Part shown: one piece after another, positions 24,215 through 36,693 of the stretch
How positions within the stretch are numbered: position 1 is the first letter of the stretch
How the letters are laid out: each line of letters opens with the position of its first letter
Assembly (NCBI RefSeq): GCF_006345805.1
Contig: NC_043022.1
Span: 12,400,001-12,464,000, forward strand
DNA from: Octopus sinensis
Lineage: Eukaryota
DNA length: 64,000 nucleotides
Direction: 5' to 3'
Position numbers and translations under genes: made by a program
The notes under the pieces: generated by a model
Database searches by the model: none
Told to the model about the DNA's origin: nothing
Seen by the model: only the letters and a program-made list of their open reading frames with translations

Positions 24215-25240
24215 ATCCCATAAATAATGTGCTTTTTTCAATTGCATGAAGTAAAAGTTGGAGGGGAACAGGATAAATTGCCTGCATCAACTTGCTATGG
24301 AAGCAAGTATTAATTCTACTGGGTTTTTTTTATACTTATTCTCAGTGCAAGTTTTGAAGAGTGCAGTTCGATTTTAACAGTTATTTTTTACAAAGCTACA
24401 ATGGAAGTGACAAAGGAGCATATTTGGCATATTTTGCTTTATGAGTTCAATAAAGGCAACAACGCAATGGAAAGTGCAAGGAATATTAATGGAGTATATG
24501 GGGATTAGACAATAAATGTAAGCCAGTGTTGCCAGTGGTTCCAGAATTTCCAAGCCGGAAACTACAGCCTAGAAGATGAGCCACATCCTGGAAGATCTGT
24601 AGAGCTCGATGAAGACATCCTGCAAACTCTGGTGAAAGAAAATCCCATCGTAACTGTTAAGGAACTCGCAGAGAAGCTTAGATTTGGTTATTCAACCATT
24701 CATCAATACCTGCATGCCATTGGAAAAGTCAGCAAACTGGGTCAATGGGTTCCTCACAAACTTTCCAAGAGTGAATGTGTGCTCTTCTTTGCTGTCATGT
24801 CTCTCAAATGAACTTAGAAGAAAAACGACCGTCTTTGGTTTCAAGACAAAAGGGGTTCTTCCACCAGGAAAATGCTCAGCCACATACAGTGAGGATGATA
24901 TTTCACAGGCTGGAGCAGTTTGAATGGGAAACAATGCCTCACCCACCATATTCACCAGACATTGCCCCATTTGATTATAATTTATTCTGCAGTCTTCAAA
25001 ATCATCAGGACAGAAAAAATATGAACTCTGTAGATGAGGTCAGAACAGTAGTGGATGAGTATTTTTCATTACAGACAAGTGAATTTTGGAAGAGGGGCCT
25101 TGCAAGTCTACCAGATAGATGGAAGAGCATTGTAGGAAATGAAGGAGAGTATATCTTAGATTTTAAAAAAACTTTGTTAATCTTAATTTTGAAAAATAAA
25201 AGAAGTATAAAAAAACTGTATTATTTATGAGATAATCCAA
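24215..25240 (+). mobile_element. Internally deleted mariner (DD34D) element
   Basis: TIR atcccataaataat / attatttatgagataatccaa-TA; ATG at 24401 MEVTKEHIWHILLYEF...WVPHKL; first-D region deleted; then HQENAQPH, HPPYSPDIAP. Confidence 0.92.
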
Positions 25241-25700
25241 TATATATATACACCCACACACACACACACACACGTGTGTGTATGTATGTATCTATGTGTG
25301 GGTGTGTATAGAGTAAGTAACTATATTCCAGGCAGTTAAGATTTATAAAATATAATATAAAGTTAAAACTATAAGTTCACAAGTACTACATACGACAAAT
25401 TGATGAAGATTGCCTATATAGATATGGACAGTTCAATACATCCTAGTGAACTGCCAGTCACATCTTCTGATTGAAAGTTGAAACTGACAGTCATTAAGAT
25501 ATATTGAAGTTTGCAATACTCAAATTAAATCTTGCTCTACTTCAGTGTGTCCTTTTATTTTTCATGAAGGTATACTTACACACTACACAAACCAGATTCA
25601 TTTATACACACACACACACACACACACATGCATGCATACACCCATTTACACACACCTCATACCATCCACATGTATACATGCACACAATATATATATATAT

Positions 25701-26021
25701 GTGAGGGCGCGTGGCTTAGTGGTTAGGGCATTCGGCTCATGATCGTAAGGTTGTGAGTTCGATTCCCGGCGACGCGTTGTGTCCTTGAGCAAGACACTTT
25801 ATTTCACGTTGCTCCAGTCCACTCAGCTGGCAAAAATGAGTTGTACTTGTATTTCAAAGGGTCAGCCTTGTCACTCTCTGTGTCACGCTGATTATCCCCG
25901 AGAACTACGTTAAGGGTACACGTGTCTGTGGAATGCTCAGCCATTTGCACGTTAATTTCACGAGCAAGCTGTTCCGTTGATCGTATCAGCTGGGACCCTC
26001 GTCGTCGTAACCGGCGGAGTC
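25701..26021 (+). mobile_element. SINE family C, full length
   Basis: Matches 19864-20190 in the opposite orientation. Confidence 0.92.
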
Positions 26022-26030
26022 TTTTTAATA

Positions 26031-26210
26031 TATATATATGTATATATATATATATACATACACTATATAAATGTGTTAAACATACTCATACACACATACA
26101 CAAAATGTATACATATAAAATATATATATGTATATATATATATATACATACACTATATAAATGTGTTAAACATACTCATACACACATACACAAAATGTAT
26201 ACGTATAAAA
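26031..26210. repeat. 90-bp tandem duplication
   Basis: 26031-26120 equals 26121-26210 with one mismatch. Confidence 0.9.
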
Positions 26211-26859
26211 TATATATATATTTTATTCTAGCATGTATTTGAAATACACACACACACATTTATTTATTCTTGCGTGTATTTGAAATACATTGTGGAAGAA
26301 TTAGAATTGGAAGATGGAAATGAAGAACCACAACAACGGCACCAACAACATCAACAACAAATAATTGCAAAAGTACATATAACCATTAAAAAAAAGAGAA
26401 ATCCCTCTAAAAAGCCATATTTACTTTACAACTGACATGACATGGTTTTTAGTCCACGAAAAGGTGGTAGGGATGGGCAAGGGAGGGGGGATTATGTAGA
26501 AAGGTTTGTTGCTTTTCCTGCCTTGCAACAAGTTGTGTGTTTGGGTTTTTTTTTTTCTGTTCTTTTTTTTTTTTGTATTTTTCTCTTTTGTTTTGTTTTC
26601 GAAGAAGACTTTTAAATCTAAATTTATTCTCCAGTGTGTTTCAATTCTGCTGATGTCCTGTGGCGTTATTTACACTGTTAACTTGCTGCACGCACGTGCA
26701 CACACACACACATACACACACACATACACACACACACACACACACTCACACACATACACACGCACACACACACACTCACACACACACAAACACACACACC
26801 ATGTTGTCGCCTTTACTTTCCATTCAGCGCCTTTTTTCCATTCTTTCTTCATTTTGTTG

Positions 26860-26865
26860 TTCTTT

Positions 26866-26909
<44 letters not shown>

Positions 26910-27520
26910 TCATTACAATCATTCATTCTGTCTTTTTGGTTCTTCTCTCTTTCTTTCTCCCCCTTTCCTTAGTTAATTAATTAATTCTCTCTTTGTTTTG
27001 TTTTTTTCTAGCATTCATTCTTCCTTTATTTCATTCTTCATTCATTCATTCATTCATTCTTTCTTGTCTTTCATTAATTCATTCTTTTCTTTCCTTCTTT
27101 CTCTCATTCATTCATTCTTTCTGTCAATTATTTCTTTTGTTCCATCCTTCTCTCATTCATTCTTTCTGTCAGTTCTTTCTTTTGTTCCTTCCTTCTCTCA
27201 TTCATTCTTTCTGTCAGTTCTTTCTTTTGTTCCTTCCTTCTCTCATTCATTATTTCTGTCAGTTCTTTCTTTCCTTCCTTCTCTCATTCATCATTCATTC
27301 TTTCTTTCAGTTCTCTCTTTCTTTCCCTCCTTCTTTCCTTAATTCATTCTTTAGTTTCTTTCTGCTTTACTTCATTCACTTCTTTCTGTCCTTATTTCTT
27401 TCTTTCATACCACTCATTCATTTGCCATTTTTTCTTTCTTTCTTCCTGTCTTTCTTTCTTTCTTTTTTTCTTCCATTCCATATCCTCTCCCAATTTCTCT
27501 CTCTCTCTCTCTCTCTCATT
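26860..27520. repeat. Polypyrimidine (TTTC/TTCA) tract containing a 45-bp tandem unit
   Basis: tctcattcattctttctgtcagttctttcttttgttccttccttc at 27151 and 27196, with variants on both sides. Confidence 0.85.
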
Positions 27521-27651
27521 CTTTTGTTTTCATTATTCTCTGTTATTTCTTCATAAAGAAAAACCAATCATCTTTCATCAGATATTAAGTGCCAGAATAA
27601 TAAGGTATTTATTTCTTCCAATCGAAAATCTTGTATGTATATACATATATA

Positions 27652-27723
<72 letters not shown>

Positions 27724-28269
27724 TGTATGTATGCATGTATGTATGTATGTATGGTTATGATTGTATGTAGACATAAGTATGCATGCATGAACATATGAAT
27801 ATGATAATATATATTATACAAAGCACACAAATGCATTTATACACGCATGTCCATGAACACACACATACACACACAAAACCAGTGGAATGGTAAAATCGTT
27901 AGTGCATTGAACAAAATGGCTGCCGCATTTAGTTACGGTGTTATTGCATTCTGTGTCGAAACCCCTCTGAGGTCAAACTTTGTGTTTGATCGTGTCGGAG
28001 GGGATCGATGAAATAAAGTACCAATTAAGTACTGGGGTCGATTTAATATCCCCTCTAAAGCTTCCCAGAAGTGAACGGAATTATAATAGAAGGAAACCAG
28101 CAATATTTTTTCTCCCCCCCTTTTTTAATAAAATGCTTTGTTGTGTGCAGTAAGAATGTTTCATGGCAAAGGGATATCAGTAATGGCTGATTTCGTATGC
28201 AGATATGTCAGCTATGGATAATGATACCTGTCACTGCTGTTGTTGTTGTTGTGATTCACCATCGTTAAC

Positions 28270-28730
28270 ATCGACACCACCATCGCTCACCCCACCACTG
28301 TTGTCCTCCTGCTACCACTATCACCACTACCATCACCATCACCACCACCACCACCACCACCATCATCATTGCCACCACCACAACTAATATCATCACTGCT
28401 ATCACCGCCATTGATTGCAGTCGTAGTGGAGATGTTGTTGGTTTCATGGGAATATCATCATCATCACCATCTCCTTCACTACCATCACACTATCATCACC
28501 ACCACTCCCATTAACATCATCATCATCATCGCTATCACCACCAGAACCATTATCATCACTATCATCATCACCATCATAGTCATAAACCACCACCACTCCC
28601 TTCATCACAGCTTCCATCCCAACTGCTGCAGGCATCACCATCACCACCACCACCACTGTTGTCATCCCACCACCACAACCATCTCTATGACCATCAACGT
28701 CATCATCATCATCATCACCTTCATTATCAC
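28270..28730. repeat. Degenerate (CAC)n/(CAT)n tract
   Basis: Seen directly. Confidence 0.85.
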
Positions 28731-29129
28731 AGATAAATTTTGAACACGTCTGTGCCATTTAGCAAAACCACTTGACCATCTCCCAGTGGTTTTATCACTG
28801 TTTAGCTCCAGGTCAACTGAGACAAAGCAGATCTATAATCAAAAGATACCAGCCACGACCATTCCAAGCGATGTGAATTAATTAGCATCATTAAATGCAC
28901 CCTTTCTTTTCTAAAACTGAAAAATGTAATTTGAATGAATTTGGATGCAACTTTTAGCATATCAAGCATTCACACAGAAGCTCCCTTTCTGCAGTGTCCC
29001 TAGCCTGTGGTATATCCTGGTAGACTTGTACATTTAGCCATAGTTACATCCCAGTGCATCACAACCTTTCTTCCACTATCTAACAACTTTGACACCTAAA
29101 CTGTTTTCCCTTACACAAGTTTTTTAAGA

Positions 29130-29480
29130 ACATATATATCATTTTTATGCCAGCATGCTTCCATGAATATAATGACATCATTTTTTGAGCTAATATCCTT
29201 CTGTAAATATACTGACTTGATTTCTTGTGCTGATGTCCTTACATAAATATTCCAACATTATTTCTTATCTTTTGTCTTTCTATATATAGACTTGTATTAT
29301 TTTTATACCAATACCCTTCCATAAATATATTTATGTCATTTTTATGCCAGTATCTTTCCATATATAGGATTATGTCATTTTTACACCCATGTCCTTCCGT
29401 AAATATATTTGTCACTTTATGACAATGTCCTTCCATAAATATACTGATGTCATTTCTATGCCCCTGTGCTTCCATAACTT
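29130..29480. repeat. Degenerate 39-bp tandem repeat, about 9 units
   Basis: Approximate consensus ccataaatatactgatgtcatttttatgccaatgtcctt. Confidence 0.75.
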
Positions 29481-30189
29481 TAATTTCATTCCGCCATTTC
29501 CCCTCCACTCAAACTAGATAGAATTCATTTACCCACTTGTTATTCATGTAAAGCTTCCTGTGTTTGTATTTGGTGGCAACATGGCTTGTTCTGTATTTAT
29601 TGTACAGCTAATCCACAAAGATCCAGCACAGCTTTAAACCGGCCTTCTATTCCTGATCACGTTCGTCTATTATTAATGAAACGACAAAGTTTGTTTGCTT
29701 GGCTAATCACAGTGTATTTCCATCAGAGATTCTGCAGCAAGCAAGCGAAAGTAATAACACAGTTTCAACATATGAAACTAACTTAAAGCCGAAAGTCAGT
29801 TTAATCAATTTTATCCATGCTAAAACTTTGCATAGATTAAACAGATTTAATCCACTTGCTGTTGCTCTCAGCAATATCTATTATTGAATTCTCAAGGGCT
29901 TCTTGCTTTGTTCCGGTTTAAATCTGTACATTCTGCCATTTATCTTCCTTTTATGGAGAAAGCAGCTTTCTAACGAACACAACTAACCATATACAATTGT
30001 TCTTTCCCTTTGAGATCTTACATTTTCCTTTCACTTTGTTAATATTCGAAATATAAGAAGGAATTTGGTGAACTGTGGACACTACATTTAAATGCCTTGT
30101 TGGAATTAAGAACAACAGTGACAGATGGACTTATGAAGCAATGATGTGTACAGTTTGAATAGCTCAGTTATGAACATTACAATAACACT

Positions 30190-30570
30190 AATGGTTTCGA
30201 ATTTTGGCACAGAACCAGCAATTTCAGGAGGCGTAGTCAATTCTATCGCACGCCCCCACTTCCAAGTGCTCAACTGTTACTTATTTTATCAACCCCAAAA
30301 GGATAAAAAGGAATGTCGACCTTGGCAGCATTTGAACTCAGAATGTAAAAGCCAGAAGAAATGCTGCAAAGGATTTTGTCCGGTGCACCTATAACTATAA
30401 TAATCTTTTCTACTCTATGCACAAGGCCCGAAATTTTTGGGGAGGCGGCCAGTCCATTAGATTGACCCCAGTATGCAACTGGTACTTAATTTATTGACCC
30501 CGAAAGGATGAAAAGTTAAGTTGACCTTGGTGGAATTTGAACTCAGAACGTAAATCAGACAAAATACTCC
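30190..30570 (-). mobile_element. Two adjacent family B SINEs (alternative-tail subfamily)
   Basis: ggtacttaatttattgaccccgaaaggatgaaa...gaatttgaactcagaa occurs twice (one copy degenerate); tail cacaaggcccgaaattt as at 56210. Confidence 0.8.
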
Positions 30571-30677
30571 TATAACTATAATAACATTGATAATAATAAT
30601 GATAATCCTTTCTGCTATCGGCACAAGGCCTGAATTTTTCATGGGTTCAGCTAGTTATTGTTGTTATTATTATTATT

Positions 30678-31132
30678 CTATGTTTTGACTTTTGCTTTAT
30701 ATTTGTGCAAGTTGGCTCCAAGTCTCACCCAGAGACCTCAAGAGACAACAGGTTGGAAGTTCATGTTGTTGTTATGCCTAGTGTGCCATATATTTGTTGG
30801 GTTTTTTTTGGTGTTGTACTAGTGAATGTCTCAAAAAAAAACCCGAAAATTATGTTTGTTTTAAACCTTGAGATTACATAGAAAGTATTTTGCTTAGGAT
30901 ATGAGCAGTTCCCATGAGCACTATCTTTTGAATTTCTGCCATTTTGGGGTTTTCTGGTATCTGAGTTAGGTAGCAATCAGCCCCTTTTGCTATCATTCCC
31001 AGGACACCTATGACAACAGGTATTGTTTTAGTCTTCAGCTTCCACATTTTGCTGATTTCTATTTCAAGATCTTTATATTTGCTCAGTTTTTGGTAGGTCT
31101 TGACAGATACGTTTATATCAATTTGGACAGTC
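30678..31132 (-). mobile_element. 5'-truncated R4/Dong-clade non-LTR element in a (TAA)n tract
   Basis: Minus strand KTYQKLSKYKDLEIEISKMWKLKTKTIPVVIGVLG...IQKIVLMGTAHILSKILSM*; (ATT)n on both sides. Confidence 0.85.

Positions 31133-31200
<68 letters not shown>
31133..31200. repeat. (ATT)n microsatellite
   Basis: Seen directly. Confidence 0.95.
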
Positions 31201-31202
<2 letters not shown>

Positions 31203-32120
31203 GGCAGTGAGCTGGCTTGTACCAGAGTTAGGTGGATTGTGCCTGTTATTCAAAAAGCACAGTCTTGTTACATACTCTGTGTCATGTTGATTCTGCCTAA
31301 GAATTACATTGAGGGTACACACGTCTGTCGACTGTTCAGTCACTTACATGTTAATCCAGGAGAAGGTAATTTAGTTGACCAGACAATTGAATCTTCATTG
31401 TCAAATAGTGGAGATTCACCACCACCATTTGACAATGCCTTAAAACTAGACACATTCAGACACAAATACACCTTTATTGGAATGTAACAATTTGTGAACA
31501 AATATTAAATCTTTTTCAGTCATGTAATTTCTATGAACTGTCATGTTATTTCTTTGTTCTTCATAACTAGCCTAAAGTTGACTCAAAACATGATCAACAG
31601 TGTAGAGTACAAACAATATTATTTTGTTTGTCTGTTAATGTTATTATATTGTGTTGTTATAATGTTTCTGTAACATTATCTAACTATAAAACATATTTAA
31701 CTTTAAATTTTTCTCAGGCAGGAACACAAATTGGTTTATGTTTCTACTTTAATTAATTTATTAATGAAGACAGCTCTTGAAAAAAAGAAAAGAAAAAAAT
31801 ATTAGAGAGGGAACAAGCAAGAAGGCATTGACTGAGCTTATCTGAGAACAGTTAGAATTAATGAGAGAATTCGCCATTTCTATTCTACAGAATGTACTGG
31901 GTGCTTTTTATGTGACACCAGAAAAGAAAGAGAAAAAGGAAATGAGAAGACAAAGAACAATAAAATAACTCTTATAGACAACTAAAAAGGAGTGAAATGC
32001 CACCAAAGTAATCCGATATACAAGCAAAGGGATTAACAGGTCACAAACCAAATCAACTCCCTGAACCGTTATGTTTCTCCATGACTACTTGACTGCTGAT
32101 GTTGATTTGTTTGTCTAAAA

Positions 32121-32321
32121 CAGTGGTTTTCAACCAGGGTTCCACTAGTACAGTCCAGGGGTTCCGCAAGAAGTTACAAAACTGCTAAAATCAGCAGTAA
32201 TTTTTAAGTCTCCTGTGCAGATATGTGTGCATAAGACTATTAAATTATTGCACAGGGGTTCCTCGAGCCAGTAGAATGTTTCCTTGGGGTTCCGCTCCAG
32301 CAAAAAGTTTGAAAGGCACTG
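32121..32321. mobile_element. hAT MITE inserted in a family A SINE tail
   Basis: TIRs cagtggttttcaa / ttgaaaggcactg; exact 8-bp TSD gtctaaaa (32113-32120, 32322-32329). Confidence 0.92.
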
Positions 32322-32473
32322 GTCTAAAACCTTTTAGGCAGTGCCCCAGTATGGCCACAGTCCAATGACTGAAACAAGTAAAAGATAAAAGATAACAGCA
32401 TGGAAGCCACACTACAGAGGACAGGACAAAGTTATGTTCAGCAAACTGTAAAAATATTGGAAGAATTCATTCA

Positions 32474-33448
32474 AGGCTATTGTTAATTCATGTTAGAGAA
32501 GCTCTGAGATTTGAGGAGTTACAAACTTATGGCTGAGTAGTGTACAATGCCTACAAAGAAGTTATAGAATGAAGAAAACTACCGGAAAATGATGATGAAT
32601 GGCAGAGATGCTTTGCAGAAGCATCATTAGTGCAATTGCCTTCACAACCGAAATATCTGTGTATGCTCTCTGATTTGTGCCTTGAATGTACCTAACGATT
32701 CTGCAGAACTTCTTTGTATATTTGAAAACCAAATGATGGAAGACTTCCTTGGAGACAATTCAAGAGATTTAGCTATTGAAAAAAAGAAGAAGAAATAAAT
32801 CTCTGAGAGATGTAGAATCGCCTTTGTTGGTCTATGGGTTAAGTTGTTCTATCCTTGGTCTTCCTTCTCCAGATTTTTTAGTGTTTAATGAAATAGCTGG
32901 AAATAATATTGACTGACATTCTTCGAAACCTCTGCAGGTGTTCAGCAAGTTTAACTGAAACACTGTGGCAAGTATTTCAGCTATTACTCTCTTCAGTTGG
33001 AGTCCCTGAAGAGCCACACAGTTTTCTTCTTCAGATGACCAAGATGCTTGTGGAGGAAACATCTATATACAATACATTCATTCAGTATCTTAATAATAAC
33101 AAGAAGACAGCTTTGTCCCCTGCTACAACAGGCATTTCAGCAAATTTATCAATTGATGGGAAAGTAGTGTATGCAGCAGTTTAAAAGTACCTTTTAAAAG
33201 TATTTGTATCTGTATTGAAAACACCAGCCTCCCACATGAAAATATCATCTGAAGACTCGATATCTACAAAACTTTTAAATTCTTCGGCGCAGGTGTGACT
33301 GTGTGGTAAGTAGCTTGCTTACCAACCACATGTGTCCAGATTCATTCCCACTGCGTGGCACCTTGGGCAAGTGTCTTCTACTATAGCCTCAGGCCAACCA
33401 AAGCCTTGTGAGTGGATTTGGTAGACGGAAACTGAAGGAAGCCCATCG

Positions 33449-33481
<33 letters not shown>

Positions 33482-34030
33482 GTATGTGTGTGTATATGTT
33501 TGTGTGTCTTTGTCTCCCCAACATCGCTTGACAACCAATGCTGGTGTGTTTACATCCCTGTAACTTAGCGGTTCGGCAAAAGACACCAATAGAATAAGTA
33601 CTAGGCTTACAAAGAATAAACCCTGGGGTCGATTTCTTCGACTAAAAATGGTGCTCCAGCATGGACACAGTAAAATGACTGAAACAAGTAAAAGAGTATT
33701 GTAAACATCAGCCTCCCACATGAAAATATCATCTGAAGACTCAATATCTAAAAAACTGTTAAATTCTTCATCATAGGTTGAAGCTTTGATGCTATCCACT
33801 AACAATCAATAAGCCACCGACATACTATTGAAACAAAATATGAGTCATGACAGACATTTTGTTAGTAAAATGTTAGGAGACTTTGGCTAAATTACTGCCA
33901 TGATACCAAGGGATTCTAATGGTTCTGTCTATAATAGAAAATTGTATTAAATCACTTCAGTTTTGGCCAAATGCGTAAAAGTGCTAAACCTATCAGAAAG
34001 TAAATGGCTTACAGACAAATGAATGTAGAA
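32474..34030 (+). pseudogene. Decayed Helitron Rep-helicase coding region, interrupted by a SINE
   Basis: RLLLIHVREALRFEELQT...ENDDEWQRCFAEASLVQLPSQ; TSIYNTFI; ATTGISANL; EALM; GDFG*ITAMIPR, in PIF1-type motif order. Confidence 0.8.
33286..33695 (+). mobile_element. SINE family A, full length, flanked by a 74-bp duplication
   Basis: ggcgcaggtgtgactgtgtggtaag to gaaacaagtaaaaga; flanks 33212-33285 and 33696-33769. Confidence 0.95.
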
Positions 34031-34183
34031 CTCTGAGAACTCTCAAAGCCACTATTCGTTAATGAATTTTCCATCACAGATAAAATTTTGATGCCAATTA
34101 CTAACATTTAGCAAACGTTACTTTTGACTGTTTCTGTTGAAATACTCTTGCTATGTTTCAAGGAATTCTTAAATTGAGCTTTT

Positions 34184-34404
34184 TTTTACTGTCTTTTACT
34201 TGTTTCAGTCATTGGATGGTGGCCATGCTGGGGCATTACCTTGGAGGGTTTTGAGTTGGACAAACTGACCCCCAATGCTTACTTAAGCCTGGTACTTATC
34301 TTATGGGTCTCTTTTGCTGAAGTGCTAAGTTATGGGGGACATAAACAAACCAACACTAGTTGTCAAGTGGTGCGAGTGACAAACATAGGCACAAAGACAC
34401 ACAA

Positions 34405-34457
<53 letters not shown>

Positions 34458-34616
34458 GGGCTTCCACAGTTTCCATCTACCAAATTCACCAACAAGGCTT
34501 TGGTTAACCAGGAGCCATAGTTGAAGATCCTTGCTCAAAGTTCCACACAGTGAGACTGAACCTAAAACTACATGGTTGCAAAGCAAGCTTCTTACCCACA
34601 CAGCCATGCCTGTGCC
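34184..34616 (-). mobile_element. SINE family A, older full-length copy
   Basis: Reverse complement of the family A head, body and tail. Confidence 0.88.
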
Positions 34617-34724
34617 CATAATGGAGAATTTAATCAAATAACTGTCATTTTATTAAACTGATGCTTAAAAGGATGGCTGGTGTTGAGGAAAGTTTTTTTG
34701 TTTTTTTTTGTTAATAATAAAAAA

Positions 34725-34874
34725 TAAATAAAAGAAATCATTATTAAAATGGTTGTTTGGAATACAAATTAACATGAGATTTTGATGGAAGGTTTAATTT
34801 AGATCGCTTTAAACAGGAAGTTTGTATCATAAAAACAGGGGCAGTCCCAGCGGGGTTGGTGTCAAAAGGGTTAA
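34725..34874 (-). mobile_element. piggyBac-like MITE end
   Basis: Ends ...gtcaaaagggTTAA; homologous to 62235 onward. Confidence 0.65.
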
Positions 34875-34904
34875 AGCAAAACATAATTATAATAGGCATT
34901 TAGT

Positions 34905-35405
34905 TTGTAAAATTCTCCTGTTCGGAGATTTTGGCCAAATTGCTCCCATGTTACGAAGGAGTTCTAAAACTGCTATTATTGGAAATTGTAATAAATTATC
35001 ACAGATTTGGTCTAATGCGAAATTTCTAAGCCTTTCAGAAAATATGAGGATTACTGGATAAAAAGAATTTAATACATGGTTATATGATGTTGGAAATGGT
35101 ACACGGAGAAATACGCGTCGATTTGACAATCCAATAGAGATACTTCCTTCCTCAACTAATATCAAGTTAAGGTGTTATTATCAGAGACACGTTTAGTGAT
35201 TCAATGGAAAGAATCAATGAAGAACTTATGGAAAGTGTATCATCAGATGTGATATTAAACTCATAAAAATGAAGATCTCTTGAAACTGAACAATGATATT
35301 CTTATATTACTGCTTGGAAATATCACAACATGCAGAAGTGATGTGGGCATTGATGAGATTTTTTAACTGTTGAAATCTTTAAAATACATTGAGTCCACCA
35401 AGAAT
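34905..35405 (+). pseudogene. Helitron PIF1-like helicase remnant (second copy of the motif III region onward)
   Basis: KILLFGDFGQIAPML...LSLSENMRITG*KEFNTWLYDVGNG; later KNEDLLKLNNDIL. Confidence 0.8.
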
Positions 35406-35744
35406 GGTGCTAGCAGTGATTGAACATCAGTCTCATGTTCATCACTCGCTGCATTTTTCTCTATCGCCATCTCTATCCATCTGTCATGTTTCTTTCATAC
35501 TCTCATGGACTTACCTACTCATACCACTTCTCTTGTATTCATCTTCCTGTAACTTTAGGTTACAAAAATCAGTAATAGAAAAAAGTAGGTATGCTGGACC
35601 ATACCTGCTTTCTCCTATTTTTCATCATGGGCATTTTATATGGCACTCAATAGAACTACAAATAAAAATATTTTGAAAATTCACACAGGAAATCAGGACA
35701 ACGAAGGAAATCTTTTTTGATGACAAAATATTCATTAAAAATAA

Positions 35745-36290
35745 AACTTACCATCTTCAATTCAGTTTTTGTACCTATCCTCATCTATGGTCATGAATGT
35801 TGACCATAGCTGGTCAAAAGAATATGACCAAAAAAAATATGATTGTGAAAATAAGTGGCTGAAAATAAGTTCTTCTGAAGACTCTGTGGAGTGATATTAC
35901 TTGACAGATGTGTGACTCAGAGATCAAGGAGTCTGTCCAGGTTGAGTTGCTACCTCTCCACATTGAGAGGTCACAGCTCCAGTCTCTTTTTGGTTTTTGG
36001 TGTGGCACTCCATTGGTTATGACGACAAGGGTTCCAGTTGATCCGATCAATGGAACAGCCTGCTCGTGAAATTAATGTGCAAGTGGCTGAGCACTCCACA
36101 GACACATGTACCCTTAACGTAATCTCATTTGGCCATAGTTGGGAATCCAGCAGAAAAGCTTAATGGCAGTTGCTTCTGTTAGGACCCTTTGGAGGAGGTA
36201 CATGAGGACTCTATCCTCATGACACTTCTGAGAATAGTGGGCACTGAAAATGGATAGATGGAACAGCGTGAAATAATCTTCTGCCTGTTT
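35745..36290 (+). mobile_element. RTE/Expander-like LINE remnant interrupted by a minus-strand C/D SINE tail (36003-36125)
   Basis: IFNSVFVPILIYGHEC*...VELLPLHIERSQLQ. Confidence 0.7.
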
Positions 36291-36662
36291 GTGTCCTGCT
36301 ATTACAAGTATGCCAATGAGAGGGCAGGGTTGTTTGAGTCTCAGAAAAATTTTTGCAGAATCTATCTGGCTGTTTCAATTCTGAGCACAAATCCTACTGA
36401 AGTTAACTTTGCCTTTTTATTTCTCTGAAGTTGATTAAATATGGTACCAGTCTACTACTGGGGGATGATGACATCAATTAAGTCCCTCCCTTCACTGTGG
36501 GACTGAACCCAGAACCATGTAGTAGGGTAGCAAGCTTCTTACCACACACCCACACCACACACATATATATGTGTAAATCCGGAACCATATGGGTAGGAAG
36601 TGAACGTCTTACTACACAGCTACACTTGCACCTTATTCGTTTATATATATATAAATGAATAA

Positions 36663-36693
<31 letters not shown>

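Noticed and set aside
25705-25775. tRNA-like sequence (also at 40448, 47255 and family A heads)
   Set aside because: A/B boxes are present, but each continues into a SINE body; these are SINE heads, not tRNA genes.
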